This document shows positions 1 to 9,383 of a stretch of 64,000 bases of DNA, piece after piece. How positions within the stretch are numbered: the first letter of the stretch is position 1; every line of letters starts with the position of its first letter. Source of the stretch: an uncultured virus (IMG/VR IMGVR_UViG_3300045955_000385) (lineage: Duplodnaviria; Heunggongvirae; Uroviricota; Caudoviricetes); the IMG/VR virus record IMGVR_UViG_3300045955_000385. One strand, written 5' to 3'. The position numbers were made by a program, and so were the translations under genes. Below the pieces are notes generated by a model. It was not told where the DNA came from. It saw only the letters and a program-made list of their open reading frames with translations, and searched no databases.

Positions 1-233
1 TCAGTAGGGCCAGTCAAATAGACCGTAGCCGCGCCCTGGTCGTCTAGCACCGTTGGGTTTGGATTGCTGATGGTGAGAAAAGGGTCCGAAAATGTCGAAC
101 TCGGGGTAGATGTTCCAGGTAGATAGCTAAACAATTTGGCGCCAATGGCCGGCTGGCCGTCAATCACGGCCTGGAAATGCGGCCATGGATATACTTCTAT
201 TATTACTGTTTCTAAAGGTACTGCTATAGCCAT
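1..233 (-). CDS. Tailspike/tail fibre, N-terminal virion-binding domain (partial, runs off the left edge)
   Basis: Hand translation from ATG 233: MAIAVPLETVIIEVYPWPHFQAVIDGQPAIGAKLFSYLPGTSTPSSTFSDPFLTISNPNPTVLDDQGAATVYL. This resembles podovirus tail-fibre N-termini and lies after the ejection genes. Confidence 0.7.
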   Translation of the reverse strand, partial: MAIAVPLETVIIEVYPWPHFQAVIDGQPAIGAKLFSYLPGTSTPSSTFSDPFLTISNPNPTVLDDQGAATVYLTGPT

Positions 234-266
234 AGCAGATAGCCCTCTTTTTTGGTATAATTCGCG

Positions 267-361
267 TATACTTTCTTGCTGGTGGGGCCGGAGCTGATCA
301 CTCCGCGTAAGTTGCTGCCCTATACGGCAAGCCTCACCACCTCGCGCTTATAGGGAGTGCG
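267..361 (+). ncRNA. Structured leader copy E1 with TATACT -10 box, upstream of an HNH gene
   Basis: -10 at 267-272. Outer stem 280-288/331-339. Hairpin A 289-305 (loop CTGATCA). Hairpin B 312-330 (loop CCCTATA). Hairpin C 343-361 (loop TATAGGG, overlapping the SD). Confidence 0.75.
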
Positions 362-364
362 CTC

Positions 365-967
365 ATGCCTCGCAAAAGTCTTCTGTGTACGTGTCTTCAA
401 TGTCATGGTCAATTTCTTGTCAACGATCACCGCACCAGTAAGCCGGAAGCTATCAAATATTGCTCGCGAGTATGTCATGCAGTTGTGCAGAGTGCCGAAC
501 AAGCCTCGAAATTTTGGGAGAAGGTTGCCATCTGCGTGCATGGGCTGGACTGCCCTTACTGCTGCTGGCCATGGCAAGGATTCGTGAGGTACGATGGCTA
601 CGGCGCAGTGACCAAGCACAAACGCCCCTATGGAGCATACCGCCGCGCATGGGAATACTGGCATGGTATGGACATGCCCAGTGGGCTTGATGCCTGCCAC
701 TATTGTCATAATCCTCTCTGTGTCAACCCTGCCCATATTCATCCTGGCACACGGCAAGACAATCAAACTGAATCTGTCCTGGCTCATCGCTTTCCTGTGG
801 GAGAAGCCCGCGCCAATACGAAACTGACAGAAGCGGACGTACGCTTGATCTTGCAATGGCATCGTGATGAGGGCATAGGTTGTTATGTCATCTCGAAACG
901 CATAGGAGTGAGCAACACGACGGTGTACGCGATTCTCAAAGGGCGTACCTGGAAACATATCTCCTAG
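365..967 (+). CDS. HNH endonuclease (HNH_3-like) with N-terminal Zn finger and C-terminal HTH
   Basis: CWPWQG, YGAYRRAWE, CHYCHNPLCVNPAHIHPGTRQDN, and C-terminal KLTEADVRLI...GRTWKHI. Confidence 0.85.
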   Translation: MPRKSLLCTCLQCHGQFLVNDHRTSKPEAIKYCSRVCHAVVQSAEQASKFWEKVAICVHGLDCPYCCWPWQGFVRYDGYGAVTKHKRPYGAYRRAWEYWHGMDMPSGLDACHYCHNPLCVNPAHIHPGTRQDNQTESVLAHRFPVGEARANTKLTEADVRLILQWHRDEGIGCYVISKRIGVSNTTVYAILKGRTWKHIS

Positions 968-1000
968 CGTGGGTGCCATAGCGCACTTTCCCGTTAAAGT

Positions 1001-1029
1001 TTGCACGCAAAGGTGTCGAAACGTATACT
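1001..1029 (+). promoter_or_regulatory. Sigma70-type promoter
   Basis: TTGCAC (1001-1006), 17-bp spacer, TATACT (1024-1029). Confidence 0.75.
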
Positions 1030-1035
1030 AGAGGC

Positions 1036-1126
1036 TGCCGTGCAGGGTTTGGCCACCCTCGCAAGTGCAGCAGCGCCAATCCGCTGATTGCAGCACGGCG
1101 CACCACCTCAGCCTGATTGGAGGTTG
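1036..1126 (+). ncRNA. Structured leader copy E2
   Basis: Outer stem 1036-1043/1093-1100. Hairpin A 1044-1059. Hairpin B 1066-1092 (loop CCAATC). Hairpin C 1109-1126 (loop GATTGG; SD GGAGG at 1119-1123). Confidence 0.75.
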
Positions 1127-1130
1127 TCTC

Positions 1131-1271
1131 ATGTCCTCATCGGATCGTTGGCTCTTCGCCATCCACTTCGCCGTCATGGTCATTGGTCTCGGCTTTCTTG
1201 CCACCATGGTCTATCTGACCTCCAGGCAAGTGGCCCATGTCGCGGATCTGCTGATCCGCCTGCATCAGTAA
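1131..1271 (+). CDS. Small single-pass membrane peptide
   Basis: GGAGG SD; MSSSDRWLFAIHFAVMVIGLGFLATMVYL... forms a hydrophobic helix. Confidence 0.6.
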   Translation: MSSSDRWLFAIHFAVMVIGLGFLATMVYLTSRQVAHVADLLIRLHQ

Positions 1272-1282
1272 GGCGGTGCGGC

Positions 1283-1537
1283 ATGAGTCTGCTCAACCTT
1301 GAAACCTACGATGCCCTCAAGGCGGCCGGCACCCCGGAGCCCGAAGCGCGCCAGGCCGCTATGGAAGTCGCCACGATGGGCGGTATCCTCAGCGTGCTGG
1401 CCGAACGCGTCAACGGCATCGACAGCAAGCTCACCATCATGCTGTGGATCATGGGCATTGGTTTTTCGGCCATGCTCACCGGCTTTGGCTTCATCCTCAA
1501 CATCCTCTGGCAGATCACCGCCAGATTGCCACGCTAG
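1283..1537 (+). CDS. Small coiled-coil plus C-terminal TM protein (DUF1640/CCDC90-like); paralog of 53248-53481
   Basis: YDALKAAGTPEPEARQAAMEVA...VLAERVNGIDSKL followed by a TM segment. Confidence 0.65.
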   Translation: MSLLNLETYDALKAAGTPEPEARQAAMEVATMGGILSVLAERVNGIDSKLTIMLWIMGIGFSAMLTGFGFILNILWQITARLPR

Positions 1538-1547
1538 GAGGTGCGGT

Positions 1548-1691
1548 ATGGATCGCCTCTCCTTGACCGTGCTCGTTGTCGGCTGTGTGGCCATGCTGAC
1601 CTGTACGACCCTCGTCGCCTACCAGAACGTGCGGCTGGCCCAGATTCAGCAGCAGACCATCGACCTCATCGTGCGCACGCACCAACGCTAG
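1548..1691 (+). CDS. Small single-pass membrane peptide, similar to 1131-1271
   Basis: AGGAGG SD; MDRLSLTVLVVGCVAML...IDLIVRTHQR. Confidence 0.55.
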   Translation: MDRLSLTVLVVGCVAMLTCTTLVAYQNVRLAQIQQQTIDLIVRTHQR

Positions 1692-1702
1692 GGGGTAGCG
1701 CC

Positions 1703-2011
1703 ATGGCCTGGATACTCTGGATCTTCCTTGGTGCGCTGCTGGCGATCCTGTTTCCGGCGATCCACGCGGTCTTTGCCGCCCTCGGTCCGGTGTTCGTTGT
1801 CCTCGGCCTCCTGATCGGTACCGGCGTCTTCCTGTATGCCCTGTCCTGTGGTGTCGAGGGCACCCTGCGCGAAGCCGGGGCCATGTGGCATCCGCTGACC
1901 CGCTGGCTGCCAGAAGGGCTCCAGCCGTACAGCTTCTGGCTCCTTGTGGCCGGCGGCATGGGGGCCTTTGTCGCCTTCAGCGTGACGGTGCACCTGCTCA
2001 TGGGGCGTTAA
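1703..2011 (+). CDS. Hypothetical multi-pass membrane protein
   Basis: About three hydrophobic segments. Confidence 0.55.
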   Translation: MAWILWIFLGALLAILFPAIHAVFAALGPVFVVLGLLIGTGVFLYALSCGVEGTLREAGAMWHPLTRWLPEGLQPYSFWLLVAGGMGAFVAFSVTVHLLMGR

Positions 2012-4092
2012 TCCGTGGTCCTGGCACGGCCACCCGGGGCCTGCTGGGACTCGCTCTGCCCTGCCCTCTGGCGTGGCGGCTCCTCCTGCATGGGCCCGTA
2101 GCCCATCTCCCGGCGTGCCGCATCCAGAATCAATGCCACATTGTTGGCCGAGAGTTTCCCCCCACTGCGCACAATGCTGTCACGAAACAGGTTCATGGCG
2201 CGGGGCGACCCGAGCATAAGACTGAGTGAGGCCGGGATCGCTGCGGCCACGGCCGCCCCCGGTTGCCCGGTCAGGAGCATCCAGCCCGCCGTGCCGAGAC
2301 TCCCCGTCTGTGTCACCAGCGAGGCCAGCGAGGGAATCTTGACGAAGGGATAGCGTTTCGCCAGGGCATCGAGTTCGCGCTTCAACGTCGCCTGTTCTGC
2401 CTCGCCCATCTGCCCCAGGACCCGCTGGGCGCGCTTCGTCGTGCCCTGGAGTTCTTTGTTGAGGGCTGCCAGGTTGAGATCGCTGAACTTCGTATTGGGG
2501 TTGTAATTCGTGTGCTTCGTGACCATAGCTTGCAGGTCATCGGCATTACGGATACGGCGCCAGTCGGCCTGCGCCTGCTGGAGACGCGCAGGCGAGAAGC
2601 CTGCGGGCACCCGTCCCACGCTGAGGCCCTGGTCAATCGCATCGTCCACCGCGTTGCGCATATCCCAGAGCAGGTCGCGCGTCTCTGGCGTCGTGACGAC
2701 CTGGCGACGTTTCATGAGTTCGGAGCGCAGGCGTTGCAGTGCACCAATATCCCAGCCCTTGAGACTCGCCGCACCGGTCGTGCCCGAGCGTTCGAGGGCC
2801 TGCGCCAGTGGCGACGAGATGCGCCGCACTTCCTGAAGCGCCCGCTGTCTCTCCACCGTACTCAGGCCGTTCCACATGGTCTGCACGGGGGCAATGTCCA
2901 ACTTCACCCCACTCTGGCCAATCTCGTCAAAGACCGCCGATACCCGCGTCCGCTCTGGCGCCTGAAAGACGCGCTGCCCCAGCCCCTGGGCTTCCCTGGC
3001 GGCCTGGTCCCGCAGCACCATCTGCCCCCCACGACCACTGCGGAGGATCGTCCGTGCCGTGCCACGCACCGCTTCCTCACCAGCGGAAGGGACCAGATTC
3101 CAGGCCAGGGTTTCGAGCGCTTCCTGGGGTGTCGGGGCTTTCCCGGTCTCCCACCAGCGCCCGGCGGTTTCGCCCGCGCTCTGCGTGAGCGCTTCGCCGG
3201 CCACACGGGCGGCGATCCCCGCGGCCGGACGCATGGCCGTGCCCACGCCCGTCATGAGTGGAATCAGCGTCGAGGGCTTCGTGATGCCTTCCTCCAGTGG
3301 CGCTTCCACCTGACTTGGCAGCACCTGTGGCCGCTGACTGGGGGGGATCGGGTCGCCCTCATGCCACCCCCGCTGTCTGCCCATGGCCAGCAGCGCGGTG
3401 GGGTCGGTCACCGGCGGCGCCTGGACCGTCGGACCACCCCCCACCGCTAGCGCCGCCGGATCCTCCATCCCTTGCTGCTGGCGCATCCGGGCAATCGTCT
3501 GCGCGGCTTCCTGCTCGGTGGCCACCGGAGCCCCCTGGCTGGCCGCTGGAGCCGTCTGGGATGTGGGGGTCGTCTGGGACACCGGGGAAGGGGTCGTCGT
3601 GGCGCCTGGAGTCTGCTGGGCGTCTCTGCGGGCGAGTTCCGCTTCAATCTCGTCGAGACGACTGCGCCCAGGGGCGGATGGCTGCGGCGTGGCCGCCTCG
3701 GCACGGGCAGGGGTGAGTGCGCCGAGGATGCGCGACACATAGCCCCGCGTCTCTTTGAACGGGGGCACGCCTTTGTAGGCATCGACGGCCCCCGGCCCGG
3801 CGTTGTACGCCGCCAGGGCCATGCCCTGGTTCCCCCCGTAGCGGTCGAGCTGCTGCTTGAGGTAGCGCACGCCGCCTTCGATGTTTTGCCCCACGTCCGC
3901 AGGATTGACGCCGAGTTGGCGTGCCGTGCCGGGCATGAGTTGCATGATGCCAGCAGCCCCTTTGGGCGAACGGGCAGTGGGATCGAAGTTCGACTCCTGG
4001 CGCGCGACGCCGAGCGCCAGCGCCGGATTCACCCCCTGCAACCGGGCTTCCACCTCGATGAGGCGTTGGATATCGTCACGGGAGAGTGGCAT
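2008..4092 (-). CDS. Ejection/internal virion protein with N-terminal lytic transglycosylase (SLT) domain
   Basis: [30 protein letters not shown]...[12 protein letters not shown]...ETRGYV. Last of three large ejection-type genes. Confidence 0.85.
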   Translation of the reverse strand: MPLSRDDIQRLIEVEARLQGVNPALALGVARQESNFDPTARSPKGAAGIMQLMPGTARQLGVNPADVGQNIEGGVRYLKQQLDRYGGNQGMALAAYNAGPGAVDAYKGVPPFKETRGYVSRILGALTPARAEAATPQPSAPGRSRLDEIEAELARRDAQQTPGATTTPSPVSQTTPTSQTAPAASQGAPVATEQEAAQTIARMRQQQGMEDPAALAVGGGPTVQAPPVTDPTALLAMGRQRGWHEGDPIPPSQRPQVLPSQVEAPLEEGITKPSTLIPLMTGVGTAMRPAAGIAARVAGEALTQSAGETAGRWWETGKAPTPQEALETLAWNLVPSAGEEAVRGTARTILRSGRGGQMVLRDQAAREAQGLGQRVFQAPERTRVSAVFDEIGQSGVKLDIAPVQTMWNGLSTVERQRALQEVRRISSPLAQALERSGTTGAASLKGWDIGALQRLRSELMKRRQVVTTPETRDLLWDMRNAVDDAIDQGLSVGRVPAGFSPARLQQAQADWRRIRNADDLQAMVTKHTNYNPNTKFSDLNLAALNKELQGTTKRAQRVLGQMGEAEQATLKRELDALAKRYPFVKIPSLASLVTQTGSLGTAGWMLLTGQPGAAVAAAIPASLSLMLGSPRAMNLFRDSIVRSGGKLSANNVALILDAARREMGYGPMQEEPPRQRAGQSESQQAPGGRARTTD

Positions 4093-5643
4093 CTAGCGCC
4101 CTCCCTTGCGCAGGCGGTCGCGCTCGGCGAGCAGTTCATCGCGGGACATCTCCGTGACGGGTTTCAGCGCCTGGCTGCTCTGGCCCCCACCGGGCGCGGC
4201 CTGGCCTCCGGTGCGTCCGGTCGCCCGGGCTTCTTCTTCGAGGTTGCGCGTAATGCGCTCCCGGGCCTGACGCTTTTGCTCAATCACCTCTTTGCTGTTG
4301 CCCGGTTGCGGGAAGTAGATCTGATCGGTCATGTCCCATTCCATCTGGGTGACATTGGCCCCAGACGTTTTGCGCAACCACGCCGCGGCAAATTCCCCGA
4401 CCGCCTGCTTGTATTTTTGATAGTCCTCGCCCGTCAGATAATTGCTGATGCCGTAGGGCAGTTTCTGGTCAGCCAGCTTCTCCCAAAAGCCCGGCTGAAA
4501 CCCCTTCTTTTCCATCTCGGCAGTAATGGCCTGGGAGCTTTTGGCAAGATCGTAATAGGTCCCGGCCTTTTGTTCGGCCTCGGTGGGCTTGCCGAGCAGC
4601 GGTCCCCCGCCGGGAGCCTGGAGATACTCGACGTCGCCACTTTTGCCAATACGCACCATGCCCTGCGGCGTCTCTTTAATCTGCCCGGCACCATGCATGG
4701 CGGACACCCGCTCCTTGGCCGACTCGGCCTGCTGGATGGCCCAGGCGCGTTCCTGTGGCGTGGCCGTCTCCCAGGTTTTGTTGAGGGTCCCTAAGTACTC
4801 CGTCACTGGCGCGCTAATCCCCTCGCGCTTCGCCTTGAGCATCGCCGCCTGCGCCTTCAGGTCTTCCTGCTCCAGCAGGATGCTGTCCTTCCGACTGAGC
4901 GCCCGGTCCGCAATCGACTGCATCGCCTCGGCCGAGTACACCTGCGGCAGTTGCGCCGCGTATTGATGCAGGCCCTGGCTTTGGAGCTGGGTCCGCCAGG
5001 TGTCGAGGTCCGCCTGGGACTTGATGGTTGGCGCGGTCCGGCCCAGGTACTCCATGACCTTCTCACCTATGATGAGTCGGTTCTCCTGGCGCTTGAGCTG
5101 CGCGTCCTCCTGCCCCTGCATCTGGCGCATGAGGAGCAGGCCGGCCCGGGGATTCTGGCGCACGAGCGCTTCGATAGGGTTGCTCTGCGGGCCCCCGAGT
5201 CCCGCCAGGGTCGGCTGTGGGGGCGTGACTCTCGGCATGACCTGCGCCGCGACGTCTGGCGGCATCGGCCCCCCACTCGCCGGCGACACCCCGGCAAAGC
5301 GGCTCATGTCAGGGTAGGCGGGAATCGTCTGCGTCGCACCTGGACCGCCCGGCCCCACCGTCTGTTGCGTCATGGCCCCGGCCGCCGGCTGGCCACTGAG
5401 CGACGCCAGGGGACTCTGGGGCATGCTGCCGCCGCCGCCCAGCCCCAGTAAGGCGGGGTTCTGTTGCACGGCCTGCAAGTACAGGGCTTCGGCTTCCTGG
5501 TTGCGCTGCGCTTCCTGCAAGGCCATCAGCGCGGTGCGGTTCTGCAGCATGCCCCCCGCCGCATTGATCGCCTGTGTGGTCGTGCGCGGGAGGTCAAAGG
5601 GCCGCATGTCCGGTAAGTAGAGTCCGCCAAGAACGGTACTCAT
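4093..5643 (-). CDS. Putative DNA ejection protein
   Basis: 516 aa, Gln/Ala-rich and helical, at the syntenic position in a P22-like module. Confidence 0.6.
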   Translation of the reverse strand: MSTVLGGLYLPDMRPFDLPRTTTQAINAAGGMLQNRTALMALQEAQRNQEAEALYLQAVQQNPALLGLGGGGSMPQSPLASLSGQPAAGAMTQQTVGPGGPGATQTIPAYPDMSRFAGVSPASGGPMPPDVAAQVMPRVTPPQPTLAGLGGPQSNPIEALVRQNPRAGLLLMRQMQGQEDAQLKRQENRLIIGEKVMEYLGRTAPTIKSQADLDTWRTQLQSQGLHQYAAQLPQVYSAEAMQSIADRALSRKDSILLEQEDLKAQAAMLKAKREGISAPVTEYLGTLNKTWETATPQERAWAIQQAESAKERVSAMHGAGQIKETPQGMVRIGKSGDVEYLQAPGGGPLLGKPTEAEQKAGTYYDLAKSSQAITAEMEKKGFQPGFWEKLADQKLPYGISNYLTGEDYQKYKQAVGEFAAAWLRKTSGANVTQMEWDMTDQIYFPQPGNSKEVIEQKRQARERITRNLEEEARATGRTGGQAAPGGGQSSQALKPVTEMSRDELLAERDRLRKGGR

Positions 5644-5654
5644 GCCTGGACCTC

Positions 5655-8420
5655 CTAAGCGTTGAGGCTGCCGAGCAAGCTGGTCAGCTGATTCTGAAAT
5701 GCGACGTTGCCAAAGGCCCCTTGCGCCGCATTGCCGAGGTTGCCCAGCGTGTTGGTCCAGGCGTTCCCACTACTGAGCGCCCCCTGTCCTTGCGCCGTCC
5801 CCAATTGCCCGTACAGGTTCCCCATCTGCTGCCCGTAATTGGCCCCCAGCTGCCCGAGCTGCCCCAGGCTTGTCTGCCCCAGCCCGGCCAGATTACTCCA
5901 CTGATTGAACTGCGTGCCTTGCGCCAGCCGTTGCGCATTAAACAGTTCGGCGAGCCGCTGGTTCTGCGCTTCCCGCTCGGCCCAGTCACGCCCGTACTGG
6001 AGCTGGTTCTGCCCCAGCAGCCGACTATAGAGGGCCTCGTCATAGGCCTGCCGCTCGCGCTGCCCCTGTTGCTGGGCGTTGAAGTCGGCCTGCCAGCCAA
6101 ACTGCCCTTGCTGCGCCCGCATCTGGGCTTCCTGTGCGGCCTGGCTCCAGTTCTGGGCTTGCGATTGCTGCGCCAATTGCTCCCGGAAGGCCGCTTCGGC
6201 CTGTGCCTGCGACCAGCCCTGCTGACTGGCGATCTGGTTGACCTGCTCGCGGAGCTGCGCCTCACTCATGGCCTGGCCGTAACCCATCTGACTTGCCGTC
6301 TGCGCCCACTGCTCTCGCAGCTGTGCCTGTTGGCTGGCGCGTTGCCAGGCCGCGCCATACTCCTGACTCGCCAGGTCCTGCCCTTGCTCCTGGAGCGCAC
6401 GCAACGCTGAGCCTGACAAGGCCCCACCCCGGGCCGCCTGCGAGGCCTCTAAGGCCCGCTGGGCCCGGTCCAGGCGAAACTGCACCCCCGGATCATTGGC
6501 GAGCAGTGCCTGCCCACTGAGCGTCGGCACGGCCCCCGGCGTGTAGCGGTACTGGCTCGCGGCCGGGATGGCCCCTGGCGCGTAGCGGTAGTCCCCGGCA
6601 CGCGGTCCCTGCCCTGGCGTGTAGCGGTACCCCGCCGCACTGGGCACGTCGGTGGGCGTATAGCCGCCGTAACTGCCCGGCGTCCACCCTGGGGTGGCAC
6701 TCGGGAGGGCATAGCCTGCGCCACTGAGCGGCGCCACCTGGCCGAGCGTCGGTTGCGCCTGACCCGCCAGCGTCTGGAGTTGCCCCAGGGCACTGCGTCC
6801 GGCTTCGAGCCATGGGGCCTGGTTGGCCTGGGTAGCCAGCCACTGGGCCGTTTGCAGATCAATGCCCCGGTTGAGGGCCGCCGCCTGGAGGGCCGCCGCG
6901 TCACTGGCGGCACTGGCCCCCATGGCGCCGGCCCCGAGCGACGTCAGGCCGCTCACGGCAGGGCCGAGCCACGAGGCATTTTTGCCCAGAAAGCCGCCCA
7001 CACTGCCGAGGGCGCCGAGAGCGGTGCCGAGCCAGCCGCCGCCGGTGCCGCCGCCGCCCCCAAAGCCGTACAGACTGGGATTGGCCGCCATCGCCGCCGC
7101 GACCTGATCTTGTAAGGACGACACGTCACCAGGGAAATCCCCCGTGCCGTAGCCACTCCAATCGCTCACACCACTATACCAGTCGCCGGCGCCGATATCC
7201 GTACTGTAATCTCCCGGGAAATCCCCACCGCCCCAGTCGTTCCAATCCATACGCCCTCCTGTCGCCGCGTCCGTGAGTCCCTGCGTCGCCCCCTCCTGCA
7301 CGCCCTGCGCCGCACTGAGCAGGCCCGCCACACCACTGCCCGCACTGCCAAGCTGTGACCCTAAGCCCAGATAGCGACTCACCTGTTGGAGGGGCTGTGT
7401 TCCAGTTGCCCTCCCAAGCGCCCCAGTAATGCGCCCAGCAGAGCCCGCTAAACGTGCCACATCACCCACACTGCGGATGCCGGTACTCGCCAGATTCCCC
7501 AGCCCGGCCGCGCCACCCGCCAGGCCACCGAGGACCCCGAGACCCAGCCCGACTTTCTGGAGCCAGGGCTGGCCCGTGGCGGCGCCCAGCACGTTCGCGC
7601 CCATCCCGCCGTAAGAGCCGATGGCACCGATCGTCCCGAGCGTCGAGGTGGGAATCCCCAGGATCGAGGGCGCCGCCGCACTGGCTGCCGCAGGGGCTGC
7701 CGCGGCGCCACCGGCCGCCACTGGCGCAAAGGCCCCGAAAGCCGCCGCGCCGCCGGCCGCCGCGCCCAGGGTGCCCAGGGCCATAAAAAACTCGTTCGAG
7801 AGCGGGTTGAAAGCGTCCGAGGGCTGCGGTGTCGTGGCCACCCAGTTCTGGTACGCATCGGCCTGGCGCACGTTCTCGAACAGACTGCGCTCGGCATCGG
7901 TGGCACTGCCGGCGCGGATTTTGTCGCGTAGGCCCAGCATAATGGCGCCCAGGTCGGGGGAGCTCTGCGTGAGCCGCCAGGCGGACTCCACCCACTCGGG
8001 ATCGCTCTTGTCCTCGGGAAATCCGACCCAATAGCCCCCGCGCGCCCCTGGGGTCAGGCGCGCGAGCTCCCGCGTCGGCACCGCCAGGGCCTGCGTGCGC
8101 ATCTCCTCCCACTGCTCACGCTCGTAGTCCTTGAGCTGCCCGGCCTCGGCCTGCTCAGCAAAATGGAGGAGCTGCTGAATATAGCCCGGCGGGGCGTAGG
8201 GCATCTGCGGGATCGGGGCGCCCGGCATCCATTGAAAACTGCTGCTCGATCCCTCCTGGCTCGGGAATTGATAGGAAAGCGTATATTCCGGGACCTTGGA
8301 GATCCCTTCATCCCCCCACGTTACCTTGCTCCCGTCAGGGAGCGGTAACTCCCCGTAGAAGGGAATGTCTTCCTGTTGATCGTCCACAATCCCGCGGCCA
8401 GGAACAACGTACAGGGTCAT
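5655..8420 (-). CDS. Putative DNA ejection/pilot protein (Gly/Ala/Gln-rich); possible internal start at 7250
   Basis: GAMGASAASDAAALQ...QAPWLEAGRSALGQL and DPGVQFRLDRAQRALE...GGALSG motifs typical of podovirus DNA-transfer proteins; three YRY(T/A)PG repeats. Confidence 0.65.
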   Translation of the reverse strand: MTLYVVPGRGIVDDQQEDIPFYGELPLPDGSKVTWGDEGISKVPEYTLSYQFPSQEGSSSSFQWMPGAPIPQMPYAPPGYIQQLLHFAEQAEAGQLKDYEREQWEEMRTQALAVPTRELARLTPGARGGYWVGFPEDKSDPEWVESAWRLTQSSPDLGAIMLGLRDKIRAGSATDAERSLFENVRQADAYQNWVATTPQPSDAFNPLSNEFFMALGTLGAAAGGAAAFGAFAPVAAGGAAAAPAAASAAAPSILGIPTSTLGTIGAIGSYGGMGANVLGAATGQPWLQKVGLGLGVLGGLAGGAAGLGNLASTGIRSVGDVARLAGSAGRITGALGRATGTQPLQQVSRYLGLGSQLGSAGSGVAGLLSAAQGVQEGATQGLTDAATGGRMDWNDWGGGDFPGDYSTDIGAGDWYSGVSDWSGYGTGDFPGDVSSLQDQVAAAMAANPSLYGFGGGGGTGGGWLGTALGALGSVGGFLGKNASWLGPAVSGLTSLGAGAMGASAASDAAALQAAALNRGIDLQTAQWLATQANQAPWLEAGRSALGQLQTLAGQAQPTLGQVAPLSGAGYALPSATPGWTPGSYGGYTPTDVPSAAGYRYTPGQGPRAGDYRYAPGAIPAASQYRYTPGAVPTLSGQALLANDPGVQFRLDRAQRALEASQAARGGALSGSALRALQEQGQDLASQEYGAAWQRASQQAQLREQWAQTASQMGYGQAMSEAQLREQVNQIASQQGWSQAQAEAAFREQLAQQSQAQNWSQAAQEAQMRAQQGQFGWQADFNAQQQGQRERQAYDEALYSRLLGQNQLQYGRDWAEREAQNQRLAELFNAQRLAQGTQFNQWSNLAGLGQTSLGQLGQLGANYGQQMGNLYGQLGTAQGQGALSSGNAWTNTLGNLGNAAQGAFGNVAFQNQLTSLLGSLNA

Positions 8421-8442
8421 AGGAAAGTCCTATGTTTCTAGC

Positions 8443-9003
8443 CTACCCCGCCCAGTACGACCCACTGAGCGCAATCTGCGTCGTGGCCGTCAGGGCCGTC
8501 ACCGGCAGGCGGTCCCAGCCCGTCGTACGCCCTTGCTGATACAGCCGCACGCGCGGTTCGCCAGCCACCATGGCGCCCATCAGGCTCTCGAACTGGCCGC
8601 CCAGCGTGACGTTGCCAAAGGCCAGCGACACCGGAATGAGCAAGGCGGGTGGGCCACTCGCCGCCGCCGGCAGCCCTGCCACGTCCACAAAGCCGGCCAT
8701 GATGGGATCGAGCGCGCTGAGGGCGAGCGTCGCCGCAATCGTATAATTGTTCCCCGTCTTGATGGCCTGGCCCCACTGCACGCTATAGGTGTGACCACTC
8801 GTGCCACTGCTGTCCACCAGCGTCGGCGTCCAGGTGAGGAGCACCGGCGTGATGGCCTCCAGCGTGGCCTCAATGGCGCCCAGGCGTTGCTGCGTCGTCA
8901 GCGACAAACGCTCGAACCAGCGTACCCACGTCGGCGTGAGCACCAGGGGCTCCCGAAACAGCACGGGCTCACGGGCCGGCACAGGATCTAAACGTTCGGC
9001 CAC
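8443..9003 (-). CDS. Hypothetical virion protein
   Basis: 186-aa ORF with a GTG start and an RBS, inside the structural operon. Confidence 0.55.
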   Translation of the reverse strand: MAERLDPVPAREPVLFREPLVLTPTWVRWFERLSLTTQQRLGAIEATLEAITPVLLTWTPTLVDSSGTSGHTYSVQWGQAIKTGNNYTIAATLALSALDPIMAGFVDVAGLPAAASGPPALLIPVSLAFGNVTLGGQFESLMGAMVAGEPRVRLYQQGRTTGWDRLPVTALTATTQIALSGSYWAG

Positions 9004-9015
9004 AGCTAGGGCTCC

Positions 9016-9382
9016 TCAAGGTACGACTGTACCGCGCAGTCCTGTCGGCGCGTTGGGCGCTTGTGGTAGCGGCACTTGAAATTGAACGGTGTTGCTAGGA
9101 CCGGATTCCTCCCCGTCTGCAGCCACCGCTTTGACGATGTAGCAGTAGTTGTGCCCAGCCAGCAACGGGGCCGGCGCCGAGCCCGTATCCGTATACGTCT
9201 GCTGGCTCCTGGGCGTCGTCGCCAGGAACGCATACACCCCGAGACAATCGTTATCGCGATACACCGCGAAGTGGTCCGCCGGGTCCAGGGGATTGTCAAA
9301 GATAATCCCAGATGAGGTTCACCCCAACCCCCAGGGCAGGCATGGCCCAGAGCAGCACAAGGGCGGTCAGTACGGCGCGCAT
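9016..9382 (-). CDS. Signal-peptide, fibronectin-III-like protein split by a +1 frameshift at 9295-9304
   Basis: Frame 1: MRAVLTALVLLWAMPALGVGVNLIWDYL*. +1 frame: DNPLDPADHFAVYR...YTDT...YCYIVKAVAADGEESGPSN. Confidence 0.6.
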
Positions 9383-9383
9383 G

